Below, in pieces: positions 27,346-38,213 of a stretch of DNA of 64,000 nt (position 1 is the first letter of the stretch; each line of letters begins with the position of its first letter). Position numbers and translations under genes: made by a program. Source of the stretch: an uncultured Solirubrobacterales bacterium (GTDB lineage: Bacteria > Actinomycetota > Thermoleophilia > Solirubrobacterales > Solirubrobacteraceae); the NCBI GenBank assembly GCA_963704345.1, contig OY969890.1:1210095-1274094 (forward strand). The letters are read 5' to 3'. The notes under the pieces are model-generated. The model was not told the origin of the DNA. It was given only the letters and a program-made list of their open reading frames with translations, and made no database searches.

Positions 27346-29392
27346 AATCGGTCGAACCCATGGGGACGCCCGCCTCCTCAGGGGTAGAGGACGAGACTAG
27401 GCTCGGGAGCTTGGGACAGGCGGCGATCAATTCCTGCGTGTACGGATGCTCGGGCTCCAAAAGAACTTGCTTGGCAGCTCCGAGCTCGACGATCTTGCCT
27501 ACGTGCATCACGGCGACCCGATCGGCCAAAGCTTCGACGGTCGTGAAATCGTGCGAGACGAGCACATAGGCACAGCCGAGCTGTTGCTGGAGCTCACCGA
27601 GCAAATCGATGACACCGCGCCGAATTGAGGCATCGAGCGAGGACACGGGCTCGTCGAGCAGCACCAGCCGCGGCTCGCCCACCAGCGCGCGCGCGATCCC
27701 CACGCGCTGGCGCTCGCCGCCGGAGAGCTCATGTGGGTAGCGCGTCGCATAAGCCTGCTTCAGGCCGACTCGCTCGAGCGACTGCCCCACCTCACGCTGC
27801 GCCTCGGCGTTGCCCAGCCCACGAGCGCGCAGCGCCCGCTCGAGCGTGGCGCCAACACGCCTGCGGGGGTTCAGGGACGCCTGCGGGTCCTGAAAGACCA
27901 CCCCCAGATCCCTGCGCAGCGAGGCAAGCTTGCGCCGCGACGCGCCGGCCAGATCCTGACCTTGCAGACGGATCGCACCATCCGTCGGCTCGATCAGGCG
28001 GGCAATCGAGCGCAGCAGCGTCGTCTTGCCAGAGCCGGACTCACCAACGATTGCCAATGTCTCGCCGGCTTCGAGCGTCAGCGACACGCCGTCGAGCGCG
28101 GCGATCGACGCGTCGCGGCGACTGCGTCCGGCGTAGCTGACGCGCAGGTTGTCCACCTCCAAAAGCACTGCCCCCCCGCGCGCGCGGGGGGCATCGGCCT
28201 TTTTGGAAGGCCCGACCTCGACACCCTCGGCACACCATGCCCCGTCTACGTGGGGAAGGGGGACTGCTTGATGGTCCAAAAGCACTGCCCCCCCGCGCGC
28301 GCGGGGGGCATCGGCCTTTTTGGAAGGTCGCAACGCCTCCAGCAGCCCCAGTGTGTAGGGATGCTTTGGCTCGTGCAAAATCTCCGCGGCCGTCCCTTGC
28401 TCGACGATCTTGCCCGTCCGCATCACCGCGATGCGGTCCGCGATATCAGCCACGACACCAAAGTCGTGCGTGACGAGCACGATGCTCAGGTCCTCCGCTT
28501 CGCGCAGCCGCTTGAGCTGCTCGAGGATCTGCGCCTGCACGGTCACGTCGAGCGCGGTCGTCGGCTCGTCGGCGAGCAGCACCTTCGCGCCTAGCGAGAG
28601 GCCCATCGCGATCATCACGCGTTGGCGCATGCCGCCGGAAAGCTCGTGGGGATAGGCGCGCACGCGCTCGGCCGCACGCGGAATGCCGACCCGCTCCATC
28701 AGCGCGACGGCGCGAGCCAGCGCTTGAGCGGGCGTGACAAACGGTTCGTGCGCCCTGATCTGCTCGACGATCTGATCGCCGACGCGGTAAACGGGGTTCA
28801 GGGAGGACTGCGGGTCCTGGAAGACCATCGCCAGTTGCGCCCCTCTGATACGTCGCAGCTCGGCCTCGGTCGCACCGATCAGGTCGCGCCCTGCGAACAT
28901 CGCACTACCGGAGATCGTTGCGTTCGGCCCGCGTGTCAGCCCCATCAGGCTCATCGCGCACACCGACTTGCCTGAGCCCGACTCGCCGACAATCGCCAGC
29001 ACTTCGCCGGTGCCCAGCTGGAAGGACACGCCGTCCACCGCTTGCACGCTGCCTTCCCGGGTGGCGAAGGACACGCTCAGGTCGCGCACGTCGAGCAGCA
29101 CACCAGAGGCCAAAACGCCCGGATGCACAGCCGGCTGCGCCTGTCCCTCCGCGACCCCTCCGCGCGCCGACTCGTGCACCAGCCGATGTGCCTCCGGCCG
29201 CCCCAAATCGCCGTCACTGACAGTCACGACGGCCTCGCCAATGCGCCGACTGTGGGCCGGCCGCCGCACGCCGACAGGAACGCCAATGCGGCTGGTGTGG
29301 ACAAGCCGTTGCACGCCGACAGGAACGCGCGACGGTGGAGTACGACACCCAGAACCTTCGAGACTGGCCCGTTCATAGACAAGGAACGCCAA
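27344..29392 (-). CDS. fused oligopeptide ABC ATP-binding protein (OppD/OppF); true start probably later
   Basis: Two GESGSGK Walker [21 protein letters not shown]. Confidence 0.93.
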   Translation of the reverse strand: MAFLVYERASLEGSGCRTPPSRVPVGVQRLVHTSRIGVPVGVRRPAHSRRIGEAVVTVSDGDLGRPEAHRLVHESARGGVAEGQAQPAVHPGVLASGVLLDVRDLSVSFATREGSVQAVDGVSFQLGTGEVLAIVGESGSGKSVCAMSLMGLTRGPNATISGSAMFAGRDLIGATEAELRRIRGAQLAMVFQDPQSSLNPVYRVGDQIVEQIRAHEPFVTPAQALARAVALMERVGIPRAAERVRAYPHELSGGMRQRVMIAMGLSLGAKVLLADEPTTALDVTVQAQILEQLKRLREAEDLSIVLVTHDFGVVADIADRIAVMRTGKIVEQGTAAEILHEPKHPYTLGLLEALRPSKKADAPRARGGAVLLDHQAVPLPHVDGAWCAEGVEVGPSKKADAPRARGGAVLLEVDNLRVSYAGRSRRDASIAALDGVSLTLEAGETLAIVGESGSGKTTLLRSIARLIEPTDGAIRLQGQDLAGASRRKLASLRRDLGVVFQDPQASLNPRRRVGATLERALRARGLGNAEAQREVGQSLERVGLKQAYATRYPHELSGGERQRVGIARALVGEPRLVLLDEPVSSLDASIRRGVIDLLGELQQQLGCAYVLVSHDFTTVEALADRVAVMHVGKIVELGAAKQVLLEPEHPYTQELIAACPKLPSLVSSSTPEEAGVPMGSTD
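28158..28327. repeat. two in-frame copies of REP-like palindrome (TG-C7-GCGCGCGC-G6-CATCG)
   Basis: 53-bp direct repeat at 28158-28210 and 28275-28327 in the inter-NBD linker. Confidence 0.85.
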
Positions 29393-29402
29393 AAATTCCT
29401 CA

Positions 29403-30521
29403 TCACAATCTCACCCGTGGGTCGAGCACCGCGTAGACGATGTCCACAATCGCGCTGAGCACTACCACCGCGCAAGCCACTAGCATCGTGATCACCATCA
29501 CCGGCGGCACGTCCAGGCGGCCGATCGACTGCGCCGCGTACTGGCCGACGCCGCCGAGGTTGAAGACCGACTCCACGAGGATCGCCCCGCCGCCGATCAC
29601 CCACGCAAAGTCAAGCCCCCACAGCGTGACGATCCCCATCAGCGAGTTGCGCAGCACGTGGTGGATCAGCACACGCCGCTCGGAGAGGCCCTTGGCGCGT
29701 GCTGTGCGCACGTAGTCCTCGCCCATCACGTCGAGCACGTTCGCCCGCAGGACACGCGAGTAGACGCCGACCGAGACGACCGACAATGCCACCCAGGGCA
29801 TCAGCATGTGCGTGAACCAGCCCCAAGGATCAGCCGTCAGCGGCACATAGCCGCCGAGCGGCAACAGACCCCACTTGTAGCCGAGCCAGTAGAGCATGAT
29901 TGCGCCGAGGAAGAACACCGGCATCGAGATGCCGGTAAGGGCGAGAACACTAAGCAAACGGTCGAGCCAGCGCCCGGCATAGACCGCGCTGAGCAGACCG
30001 AACAGCACGCCGAAGACCAGCCAGATGACGCCCGCGCCAAGCGCCAGCGAGATCGTCGGCGGCAGGTCGCGAACGATTTCCTGCTCGACGTTGACCTGCT
30101 GGGAATAGGAGATCACACTGCCGTCGAGGACCTTTTCCATCGTCTTTGCGTACTGCACGTAGATCGGCTTGTTAAAGCCCCATTGCACGCGCACAGCCTG
30201 CACCTGCTGCGGGCTGGCAAGGCGCCCGGCCATGCGCAGCGCCGGATCGCCGTCGGGGATCGCCTGGAAGATCAAGAAGGTCAGGACGGTGATCGCGAAC
30301 AGCACCGCCACGAGCGAGGCCAGGCGGCGCACGACGAAGCGAGCCAGCCATGCGTGCCGAGCCACCGCGGCGGAGACACGCGGACCGGACGAGCCCGTGG
30401 CGCCGGCGGAATTGGGAGGCCCGCCTACCCCACCTCCTCCACCCGTCCCGCCTGCTCTGCCTGCTCCGGTGGAGAGCCCGCCGCCCAGGCTAGGGATCGG
30501 CGCGGAGGATGCCTCCATCAC
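29403..30521 (-). CDS. oligopeptide ABC permease (OppB)
   Basis: DYVRTARAKGLSERRV EAA loop; ILVESVF. Confidence 0.93.
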   Translation of the reverse strand: MMEASSAPIPSLGGGLSTGAGRAGGTGGGGGVGGPPNSAGATGSSGPRVSAAVARHAWLARFVVRRLASLVAVLFAITVLTFLIFQAIPDGDPALRMAGRLASPQQVQAVRVQWGFNKPIYVQYAKTMEKVLDGSVISYSQQVNVEQEIVRDLPPTISLALGAGVIWLVFGVLFGLLSAVYAGRWLDRLLSVLALTGISMPVFFLGAIMLYWLGYKWGLLPLGGYVPLTADPWGWFTHMLMPWVALSVVSVGVYSRVLRANVLDVMGEDYVRTARAKGLSERRVLIHHVLRNSLMGIVTLWGLDFAWVIGGGAILVESVFNLGGVGQYAAQSIGRLDVPPVMVITMLVACAVVVLSAIVDIVYAVLDPRVRL

Positions 30522-31643
30522 AGCCGCCCTCTCACAGTCGCCTTGGGGTCGAGCGCGTCACGCACGCCGTCCGCGAAGACGTTCACCGACAGCACCGTCA
30601 GGACGAGCATGATCCCCGGCACCAGCACCAAATGGATAGCGCCCGGGATCAGGCGAATGCCGTCGGCGAGCATCGTGCCCCACGAGGGGTTGGGGTCCTG
30701 CACGCCGGCACCAAGATAAGAGAGGCCTGCCTCCAAGAGAATCGCGTTGGCGATGATCAACGGCACGAACACGACGATGCTCGACGTCAGGTTGGGCAGG
30801 ATCTCATCGAACATGATGCGCAGCGGCCCCACGCCTTGGACCCGTGCGGCGTCGACGAACTCGCGCTCGCGCAACGACAGGGCCTGCGCACGCAAAGGCT
30901 TTGCCACATAGGGAAAGAAGACGATCCCGATCACGAACGCCGGCAGCAACAGCGAGCCGCTGCGCAATGTGAACAGGCCGAGGTCAATGCCACCCACGGC
31001 CAGCGCCACACCCAGCGCCACGCCGAGCAGCACGGCCGGATAGGCCCAGACGAGGTCGAAGAGACGCGAGAGGACGCCGTCGAAGATGCCGCGCATGTAG
31101 CCGGCAAGCGTGCCCAGCACGACGGCAAGCAGCATCGTGATCAGCGTCGCGATACCGGCGATCTCAAGCGAGTTGCGACCGCCGTAGAGCAGCCGCACGG
31201 CCACGTCGCGGCCGTTGGAGTCCGCGCCGAGGAAGAAGCGCCCTTTCCAGGTTGGGCCGATCGGCACCCCAGTGGGCGAGACGACATCGACCTGCTTGCC
31301 GCCAACACTCACCATCTCGGTGATGTGATTGTCGTTGGGGCCGGTATGCGCGATGTCTTTCGCGTATACGGGCGCAAGCAGGCAGGCAAAGACGATCGCG
31401 ACGAACAGCGCCCCGAACGCAAGCGCCACGCGATTGCGCAGGAGGGTCCTCATACCTACTCATCGCCAATCTGGGCCGGGCGACTTTAGCTCCGATAGAG
31501 CCGTCCTTCGCAGCACCCCTTGCAAGCCCCCCTTTGCGAGACCTCCTTGGGACCTCCTTGCAAGCACCCCCTTTTGCAGATCTCCCTTTTGCGGCAAACC
31601 CCTCTGCGGCCATTCCCGGCGTGGCGATGTCCGCCATCCGCAT
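30518..31643 (-). CDS. oligopeptide ABC permease (OppC); N-terminus uncertain
   Basis: FFLGADSNGRD, REFVDAARVQG, EAGLSYLG, PSWG. Confidence 0.9.
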
Positions 31644-31673
31644 GGATGGGGGACAACTTGCCTTTGTCCGCGG

Positions 31674-33320
31674 CTACTTCAGTTCGAGCGAAGACCAGTC
31701 GTTGCCATACACCGGATGGAAGATCGCCGCCCCGAAGTTGATCCGATCGGAGAAGAACTTGGGCACCTCTTCATAGCCGGATACCGCCAGGTACGCCTGC
31801 TTGGCGGTGTACTCGTCAAGCGCCTGCCAGCGCGGCACGACCGAGCTCAGCTGCGAGGAGGGGATCGGACCCAGCGAAGCCAGTTCGCTCTGGATGTGGG
31901 GGTCGTTGACCTGACTGAGGTTGTGGTTTTCGGTCGGCAGGATCGATTTGGCGTCGAGCAGCTGGTAGAAGTCGATCGGGTTAGGGAAGTCCTGGCTGTA
32001 GGAGAAGAAGCCCGTCTGCGCTTTGTTCGAGAGGTTGCCCACGGTCGCGTAGTACTGCGCGTCGGCGACGATCTTCTCGGTGGCTTTGAAGCCGATTTCG
32101 TTGAGCATGCTCGTGTAGTAGTCGACGAATTCCTTGTGCGGAGCGCGCGAGCCGCCCCACACGGTCACCGGTGCGCCCGCGAGGCCGGCCTGACGCACCA
32201 GTTCCTTGGCCTTCGCCAGGTTCGGTTGCGCATTCGGTTCGCCATAGGGACAAGGAGCGTTCGTGGGGTGACCGGGCATGCCGGCCGGCAGGAAGAAGCA
32301 GGCGGGCTGGAGCATGCCGCTGTCCAGGCGCTGCAGCGCCTGGCGGTTGAGCCCGTAGTTGACCGCCTGGCGCGCACGCGCATTGTTGAACGGCGCTTCT
32401 TTGGTGTTCAGAAAGAAGTACAGGCCCGAGACGGTCGGCTCCTTGGCGAAACGATCGGAAGCCTGGCTTTCGATCTGGGAGATCAGCGTCGGCGGGATCG
32501 TGTCGTTGTAGTCAAACACGTCCGCGCTGTTGTTCAGCACCTGCTCGGCCTGGCTCTGGTTGTTGGAGACGATGCTCACGTCGACGTTCTCGTGCCCGGC
32601 AGGAATGCCTGGGATGGCATCCTTGGACCAGTTGGGATTGAGCACCATCGCAAAAGACTTGTTCGGTACGACGTTCTCGATCTCATACGGCCCGACGCCT
32701 GGCGGCGGATCGTTGCCCAGGCTTTTCATCGGCGTGCCACTCGGCACCAAGCCGGCTGCCGGGAAGGCAAGCACGTTCAGGAACGGACCGTAGGGGGCAA
32801 CCAGCCGGACCGTGATCCTGCCCGTGGTGTCGTCGGTCTGAATGCCGGAGATCGAGGAGGCTTTGCCCTTCTGGAAATCTTCGGCGCCGACGATGTTTTC
32901 CGTGAAGAAGCTCTCGCTACCCCAGCCGAGCTTGATCGCACGCTCGATCGCGTAGGCGAAGTCCGAGGCTTTGACCGGCGCGCCGTTTGAATAGACGAGG
33001 CCTTTGCGCAACATAAAGGTATATGTCTTGCCGCCGTTGGTCACGGTGGGCAGGCTCTGCGCGACGCCTGGGATCAGCTTGGAGCCAGCTTCGCCTGAGG
33101 CGTGCGCATACGTGATAAGCCCGGTGTAGGAGATCCAGGTGGCCTCATAGGACTGCGTGGTCGCGCCCAGCCCGGGGTCGAGCGAGTCGGGAGCGGTGCC
33201 CATCAGCACGCTGATCGGGCCTTTGCCCGAGGACGTGGATGAGCTGCCACAGGCGCTCACACCCACAACCAAGACGAATGTCAACAGCGTTCCGGTCAAT
33301 GCCTGAATTGTCCTATGCAC
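31674..33320 (-). CDS. family 5 ABC substrate-binding lipoprotein (OppA)
   Basis: Lipobox VSAC, DSLDP, YTFMLRKG, GVGPY. Confidence 0.93.
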   Translation of the reverse strand: MHRTIQALTGTLLTFVLVVGVSACGSSSTSSGKGPISVLMGTAPDSLDPGLGATTQSYEATWISYTGLITYAHASGEAGSKLIPGVAQSLPTVTNGGKTYTFMLRKGLVYSNGAPVKASDFAYAIERAIKLGWGSESFFTENIVGAEDFQKGKASSISGIQTDDTTGRITVRLVAPYGPFLNVLAFPAAGLVPSGTPMKSLGNDPPPGVGPYEIENVVPNKSFAMVLNPNWSKDAIPGIPAGHENVDVSIVSNNQSQAEQVLNNSADVFDYNDTIPPTLISQIESQASDRFAKEPTVSGLYFFLNTKEAPFNNARARQAVNYGLNRQALQRLDSGMLQPACFFLPAGMPGHPTNAPCPYGEPNAQPNLAKAKELVRQAGLAGAPVTVWGGSRAPHKEFVDYYTSMLNEIGFKATEKIVADAQYYATVGNLSNKAQTGFFSYSQDFPNPIDFYQLLDAKSILPTENHNLSQVNDPHIQSELASLGPIPSSQLSSVVPRWQALDEYTAKQAYLAVSGYEEVPKFFSDRINFGAAIFHPVYGNDWSSLELK

Positions 33321-33424
33321 CTGTGCCCCCTCCTCGCGAACCGCCGAGTCTCGTAATGTGTGTCACGAAGTACATGGTTCGACAACCCTTGTCGGCAACC
33401 TCTTGTGAAACTTGAAGTATCCAA

Positions 33425-35035
33425 ATGAGCCTGGACGCCACAGAACTAGATGTTTCCGAGGTGGTCGCCCAGGTCGCCAAGGTCCAGCCGCTATGGGCGC
33501 TTCTGCGACTGGAGGACCGGGCGCGCTACATGCGTCGCATGGCCCAGGCGATCGTGGACGAGCTCGACGAGCTGCGCGAGACGATCGCCGCCGAGCAGGC
33601 TCGTCCGCGCACGGAGGTGGCGACGCTCGAGCTGCTGGTAGCGATCGACGCGCTCAAGTGGGTGGCGCACGACGGAGCGCACGTGCTCGGCGGGCGCCGC
33701 GTCGGGGTCCACCGCTCGCTGTCGCTGACCAAGTGCGCCCGCATCGCCTATGAGCCCTACGGCGTCGTGGGCGTGATCGGCGCCGGCAGCGCGCCTTTCG
33801 CACAGCCGCTCGGGCAGATCGCCGGGGCACTGCTGGCCGGCAATGGCGTTGTCTTCAAGCCAGCCGAGCGCGCCTCGATAGCGGCCGAGCGCATCGCGCG
33901 GGTGCTCGCGCGTGCGGGCCTGCCAGAGGGCCTAGTGCGCGTCGTCCACGGCGGCGCCGACATCGGATTGGAGCTGGCGCGCACACCAGTGGACAAGCTG
34001 TTGTTCACCGGCTCACCAGCGACGGGTCGCGCGGTCGCGCGCGAGTGCGTCTCTCAAGAGAAGGAGGTGACCGTCGAGCTCGGCGGCAAGGACGCGATGC
34101 TGGTGCTCGCCGACGCCCACGTCGCGCGCGCGGCCGCTGCTGCGCTGTGGGCCGGGTGCGCCGGCGCTGGGCAGGCGCGCGGAGCAGTCGAGCGCATCTA
34201 CGCGGCGCCAGAGGTGACCGAGCGGCTCGTTGCTCGGCTCGTCGCCGGGGCGAGGGCGATGACCGTCGGCGACCCAAGCGACCCGCGCGTACAGATCGGG
34301 CCGCTTGCTTCAGAGCGACGCTTGGCGCATGTGCGCGCGCTGGTGGAGGAGGCCGTTGCACAGGGCGCGACGCTGCATTGCGGTGGACCGGTCGCGCCAG
34401 AGGACCTCGTGAGGCTCGGATCCACGGACTCGACGGAGCGTGGTCCCAGCGACACGCACGACAGGCGAGACGCTCGCACAAGCGCGGCAAGTCCGGCGCC
34501 GAGCGCCCGCGTCTTCTTCGCGCCCGCGGTGCTGACCGGCGTGACACACGAGATGCGCCTGATGCGCGAGCCGATCGGCGGACCCGTGCTAGCCGTGATG
34601 AGCGTCAGCTCGGTCTCGGAGGCGATCGCGCTGGCCAACGACAGTCCCTACGGTCTCGGCGCGTCCGTTTGGACGGCCGATCGCTACCGCGGGATGCGCA
34701 TCGCGCGCGAGCTCGACGCGGGCATGGTGTGGCTCAACGACCACCTGCCGAGCCCGGCCGTCTCACGCGGTCCCTGGGGAGCAGCGGCCGGCAGCGGCCT
34801 GGGGCGCACGCTCGGGGAGGCAGGGCTGCGTGCTTGCGCACAGGAGAAGCTGATCACCTGGGACCCCTCAGGCGTGCGCGGCCTGTGGTGGGGCCCATAC
34901 GACGAGCTGTCGGCCGGCGCCGCGCGAGCCGCCGCCAAGCTGCGCTCCACGCGCGAGTCCGACCGCGAGCAGGCCTGGCGCCAGGGCAGCGCGGCGCTGG
35001 CGCGTGTAGGGCTGCGGGCGCTGGCGCGTAGGTGA
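33425..35035 (+). CDS. aldehyde dehydrogenase family protein lacking catalytic Cys
   Basis: FTGS, ELGGKD, YGLGASVWT present; GQARGA in place of GQxC. Confidence 0.85.
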   Translation: MSLDATELDVSEVVAQVAKVQPLWALLRLEDRARYMRRMAQAIVDELDELRETIAAEQARPRTEVATLELLVAIDALKWVAHDGAHVLGGRRVGVHRSLSLTKCARIAYEPYGVVGVIGAGSAPFAQPLGQIAGALLAGNGVVFKPAERASIAAERIARVLARAGLPEGLVRVVHGGADIGLELARTPVDKLLFTGSPATGRAVARECVSQEKEVTVELGGKDAMLVLADAHVARAAAAALWAGCAGAGQARGAVERIYAAPEVTERLVARLVAGARAMTVGDPSDPRVQIGPLASERRLAHVRALVEEAVAQGATLHCGGPVAPEDLVRLGSTDSTERGPSDTHDRRDARTSAASPAPSARVFFAPAVLTGVTHEMRLMREPIGGPVLAVMSVSSVSEAIALANDSPYGLGASVWTADRYRGMRIARELDAGMVWLNDHLPSPAVSRGPWGAAAGSGLGRTLGEAGLRACAQEKLITWDPSGVRGLWWGPYDELSAGAARAAAKLRSTRESDREQAWRQGSAALARVGLRALARR

Positions 35036-35042
35036 GAGGAGG

Positions 35043-35474
35043 CTACGCGAAAGGGTCGCGCGCCTCGATCCCCTCGTAACGGCGGAAATCTCTGTCGCGC
35101 GTGTATATGAGCGCCACGCCATGCCCGCGCATCAACGCGGCCAAGTGAGCGTCAGGCACGTGATTGCCGCGCGTGTCGTCGCCCGCGGTCGCGCGATAGG
35201 TCTCCAAGAAGCCGGCCCCCTCGGTCTCTGTCCGCACGGTTGGACGCTCCAGCAAAGCCGCGATCGTAGCCATTGCCAGCTCTGGCGAGGCTGGGCTCGG
35301 GAAGATCGTCGGATGAGTCGCGATGCGCAGGAATCCCATGATCGTCGGCCAGAACAGGTAAAGCAGATCGGGACCGCTTGCGAGTCGATCGACGAGCCCT
35401 CTGGCGCGGACGTTCAGTGGATCGTCACTGTTGCTCGCATACAGCAGAACGTTCGTGTCGACGGTGACGCTCAA
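35043..35474 (-). CDS. vapC: VapC PIN-domain toxin
   Basis: VDTNVLLY, GNHVPDAHLAAL, TRDRDF. Confidence 0.9.
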   Translation of the reverse strand: MSVTVDTNVLLYASNSDDPLNVRARGLVDRLASGPDLLYLFWPTIMGFLRIATHPTIFPSPASPELAMATIAALLERPTVRTETEGAGFLETYRATAGDDTRGNHVPDAHLAALMRGHGVALIYTRDRDFRRYEGIEARDPFA

Positions 35475-35716
35475 GTCGCCTGAGTATCGCCGTCGAGCAC
35501 TCGCCAGAGCGTGTCCTTGTCGCGCAGGTCCAGCTTGGGCTTGCCCATGTGCAACGTCGGCCACCGCAAAGGCCCGGCCTCAACCGGGTGCTCCTCTTCA
35601 AGCGAGACAGCAAGACGCTCGGACGCCAACTGCCCCATGCTCTTGCGTTCCACACGCGCACGACGACGCAACTGTGCCAGCACTGAGGAGTCGATATCGA
35701 GCGTCGTGCGCGTCAT
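35471..35716 (-). CDS. vapB: VapB-type antitoxin
   Basis: MTRTTLDID RHH start; overlaps toxin start. Confidence 0.85.
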   Translation of the reverse strand: MTRTTLDIDSSVLAQLRRRARVERKSMGQLASERLAVSLEEEHPVEAGPLRWPTLHMGKPKLDLRDKDTLWRVLDGDTQAT

Positions 35717-35750
35717 AGATGCTTGATGTTATCAGACTTTGCATCTGATG
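35714..35750. promoter_or_regulatory. inverted repeat at the vapB start, candidate autoregulatory operator
   Basis: CATAGATGC...GCATCTGATG. Confidence 0.45.
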
Positions 35751-35871
35751 AGGCCCCTCAGAGCCGCCATCCGCCCACTAACCTGTAGCCATGCCCGCCC
35801 AGGCCTATGCAGGCAAGGAGTGTGTCTGCCAACTGCGCAAGGGGATCTGCGACCAGAGCTGTGTCGCGGAC

Positions 35872-36552
35872 ATGCTCTCGACACCGTTCTACATCGCCTG
35901 CCTGAAGCTGAAAGGGCGACGCAGCCTGGTGGTCGGCGGCGGGGAGATCGGTCTGGAGAAGGTCGAGGGACTATTGGCCTGCGACGGTCAGGTCACGCTG
36001 ATCGCCCCCGAGGCAGAGCCGGCGCTGGCCCAATACGCGGCCGAGGGCTCGATCCGCTGGGAGCAGCGCGCGTACGCTGGAGCGCATGACCTGGAGGGTG
36101 TGTTCATGGTGATCGCCGCCACGAACGACACCGACGTCAACATCGCCGTGTACGACGACGCGGAGCGACGCGCGATGCTCGTCAACGTGGTGGACGTGCC
36201 ACCGCTGTGCAATTTCATCCTGCCCGCGATCGTGCGCAGCGGCCCGCTGGCGATCGCGATCTCTACCGCCGGCGCTTCGCCCGCGCTGGCCAAGCGCATC
36301 AAGCGCGAGATCTCAGAGCAGTTCGGCGAGCCCTATGCGCAGCTCGCAGTCCTGCTCAACGAGGTGCGTGGCTGGGCCAAGAGCACGCTGCCCACCTACC
36401 AGGACCGCAAGCAGTTCTTCGAGGGAATCGTGAACGGCGGGGGGGTGGGTTCCGATCCTGTGGCGCTCCTGCGCGAGGGGCGTGAGCAGGACGTGCGCGA
36501 GCTGATCGCGCTGGCCCAGAGCGAGCACGAGCAGCGCTTCTCCACAGTCTGA
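35872..36552 (+). CDS. precorrin-2 dehydrogenase / sirohydrochlorin ferrochelatase (CysG N-terminal type)
   Basis: [27 protein letters not shown]. Confidence 0.92.
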   Translation: MLSTPFYIACLKLKGRRSLVVGGGEIGLEKVEGLLACDGQVTLIAPEAEPALAQYAAEGSIRWEQRAYAGAHDLEGVFMVIAATNDTDVNIAVYDDAERRAMLVNVVDVPPLCNFILPAIVRSGPLAIAISTAGASPALAKRIKREISEQFGEPYAQLAVLLNEVRGWAKSTLPTYQDRKQFFEGIVNGGGVGSDPVALLREGREQDVRELIALAQSEHEQRFSTV

Positions 36553-36560
36553 GCCTGCGC

Positions 36561-37310
36561 GTGGGGGACCTCGAAGTCCAGACAACGGGCGCAGTAGCCG
36601 TCGAGGACATGTCGGCGGCCGTCGAAGATGCTGTGGCGGCCGTCGAGCTCGACGGGCTGACCCGCAACTATGGTGAACGCGCGGCGCTCGACGACGTGAC
36701 GCTCACGCTCGGGGCAGGGCAGACACTTGTCGTGTTCGGTCCCAACGGGGCCGGCAAGACGACGCTGCTGCGCGTTCTAGCGACGCTGCTACGACCCCAC
36801 TCGGGCAAGGTCACGGTGCTCGGCACGCAATTGCCGGACGACGGGTGGCAGATGCGCGGGCGCATCGGTCTGCTCGGTCACGATCCGCTCCTGTACCGCG
36901 AGCTGACCGCGCGCGAGAACCTGCGCTACCACGCGCGCCTGCACAACATCGATGACGAACGCGTCGAGCAGCAGCTTGCCGCGGTCTCGATGACGAACAG
37001 AGCCGACGAACCAGTCAGGACGCTCTCACGCGGGATGGTGCAGCGCGTAGCCGTGGCGCGCGCGACACTGCACGAACCGGAACTGCTTTTGCTCGACGAG
37101 CCCTACGCCAACCTCGACCCGGCGGCGATCGAGCTGGTCGAGCCGCTGATCGGGCCGTCGAGCGAGTGCGGCCGCGTGGTCAGCAGTCACGACCCGGGCA
37201 GGGGGCTGGCCGAAGCCGATCTTGTGCTCGGCCTGCGCGCGGGTCGCGTGGCCCTGCTCGAGGCGGCCGCGAGCGTGAACTCCGCCACGGTGGCGGAGTT
37301 GTACAGATGA
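36561..37310 (+). CDS. ccmA: heme ABC exporter ATP-binding protein
   Basis: GPNGAGKTT, LSRGMVQR, LLDEP; operon with ccmB/C. Confidence 0.85.
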   Translation: MGDLEVQTTGAVAVEDMSAAVEDAVAAVELDGLTRNYGERAALDDVTLTLGAGQTLVVFGPNGAGKTTLLRVLATLLRPHSGKVTVLGTQLPDDGWQMRGRIGLLGHDPLLYRELTARENLRYHARLHNIDDERVEQQLAAVSMTNRADEPVRTLSRGMVQRVAVARATLHEPELLLLDEPYANLDPAAIELVEPLIGPSSECGRVVSSHDPGRGLAEADLVLGLRAGRVALLEAAASVNSATVAELYR

Positions 37311-37317
37311 GCACCTT

Positions 37318-38202
37318 ATGAGCGACCCAACAGACTCGGGGAAGACATCGCCGCATGCGGCGATGTCCCGGGACGTGCATGCACGTCCCGGCCGACAGGT
37401 GCATGCACCTGTCGGAACAGCCATAAAGTCGCGTGCCGGAACCGGCCGGCCTTCGCATGCACCGGGCGAAACGGCTGCTGAGTCACACAGCGGAACTGGC
37501 CGGCCTGGGCAGCATTCCCAGACCGGAACAGCAAAAGTGGTTCGCGCCCTCCTGCATAAGGAGCTCCTGGTCGAGCTGCGCACGCTCGAGTCGATCCCGG
37601 GCATGTCCCTGTTCGCGGTGACCACCTTCGTCGTCTTTCACTTCGCCCTGAACCAGGACACCGTCAGCGGTCAAGAGGCAGCCGGCATCCTATGGGTGAC
37701 TTTGCTGTTCGCCGCGATGCTCGGCGTGAATCGCCTGTTCGTCGCCGACGCCGACCAGGGAGGCTTCGACGGCTTCCTACTGGCGCCTGTGGACCGCACC
37801 GCGCTGCTGATCGCCAAGGCGACCGCGCTGCTGGCCTACCTACTCGTGCTGGAGCTGATCGCGGTGCCGGCGTTCGGGCTGCTATTGCTCGGCCCACCCC
37901 TGGGCCAGGCGCTGCCCGGCCTGCTCGCACCGCTTGCGCTCGGCGACATCGGCGTTGCCGCGATCGGCACGCTTGTAGCCGCGCTAGCGGTGCACACGCG
38001 TGCCCGCGACCTGCTCGGACCGCTGCTGGCGCTGCCCTTGCTGGTGCCAATCGTGATCGGCTGCGCGCGCGCCACGGCCCCGCTACTGGAGACCGTGCAT
38101 CCTGGCGGTCCGCCCCTGCGCTGGCTTGGCACGCTTGCGCTCTATGATCTTGTGTTCGGCCTCATCGCCTACGCCGTGTTCGACTTCCTCCTGGAGGACT
38201 AA
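37318..38202 (+). CDS. ccmB: heme exporter permease CcmB with repetitive N-terminal extension
   Basis: KELLVELR, GILWV, LLAPVDR, LLALPLLVP. Confidence 0.88.
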   Translation: MSDPTDSGKTSPHAAMSRDVHARPGRQVHAPVGTAIKSRAGTGRPSHAPGETAAESHSGTGRPGQHSQTGTAKVVRALLHKELLVELRTLESIPGMSLFAVTTFVVFHFALNQDTVSGQEAAGILWVTLLFAAMLGVNRLFVADADQGGFDGFLLAPVDRTALLIAKATALLAYLLVLELIAVPAFGLLLLGPPLGQALPGLLAPLALGDIGVAAIGTLVAALAVHTRARDLLGPLLALPLLVPIVIGCARATAPLLETVHPGGPPLRWLGTLALYDLVFGLIAYAVFDFLLED

Positions 38203-38213
38203 GCACGCCCACC

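Noticed and set aside
31329-32990. Long antisense ORFs (553 aa here; others at 19749-20951, 24495-25547, 29658-30719)
   Set aside because: Shadow ORFs of real genes in high-GC DNA with no motifs.
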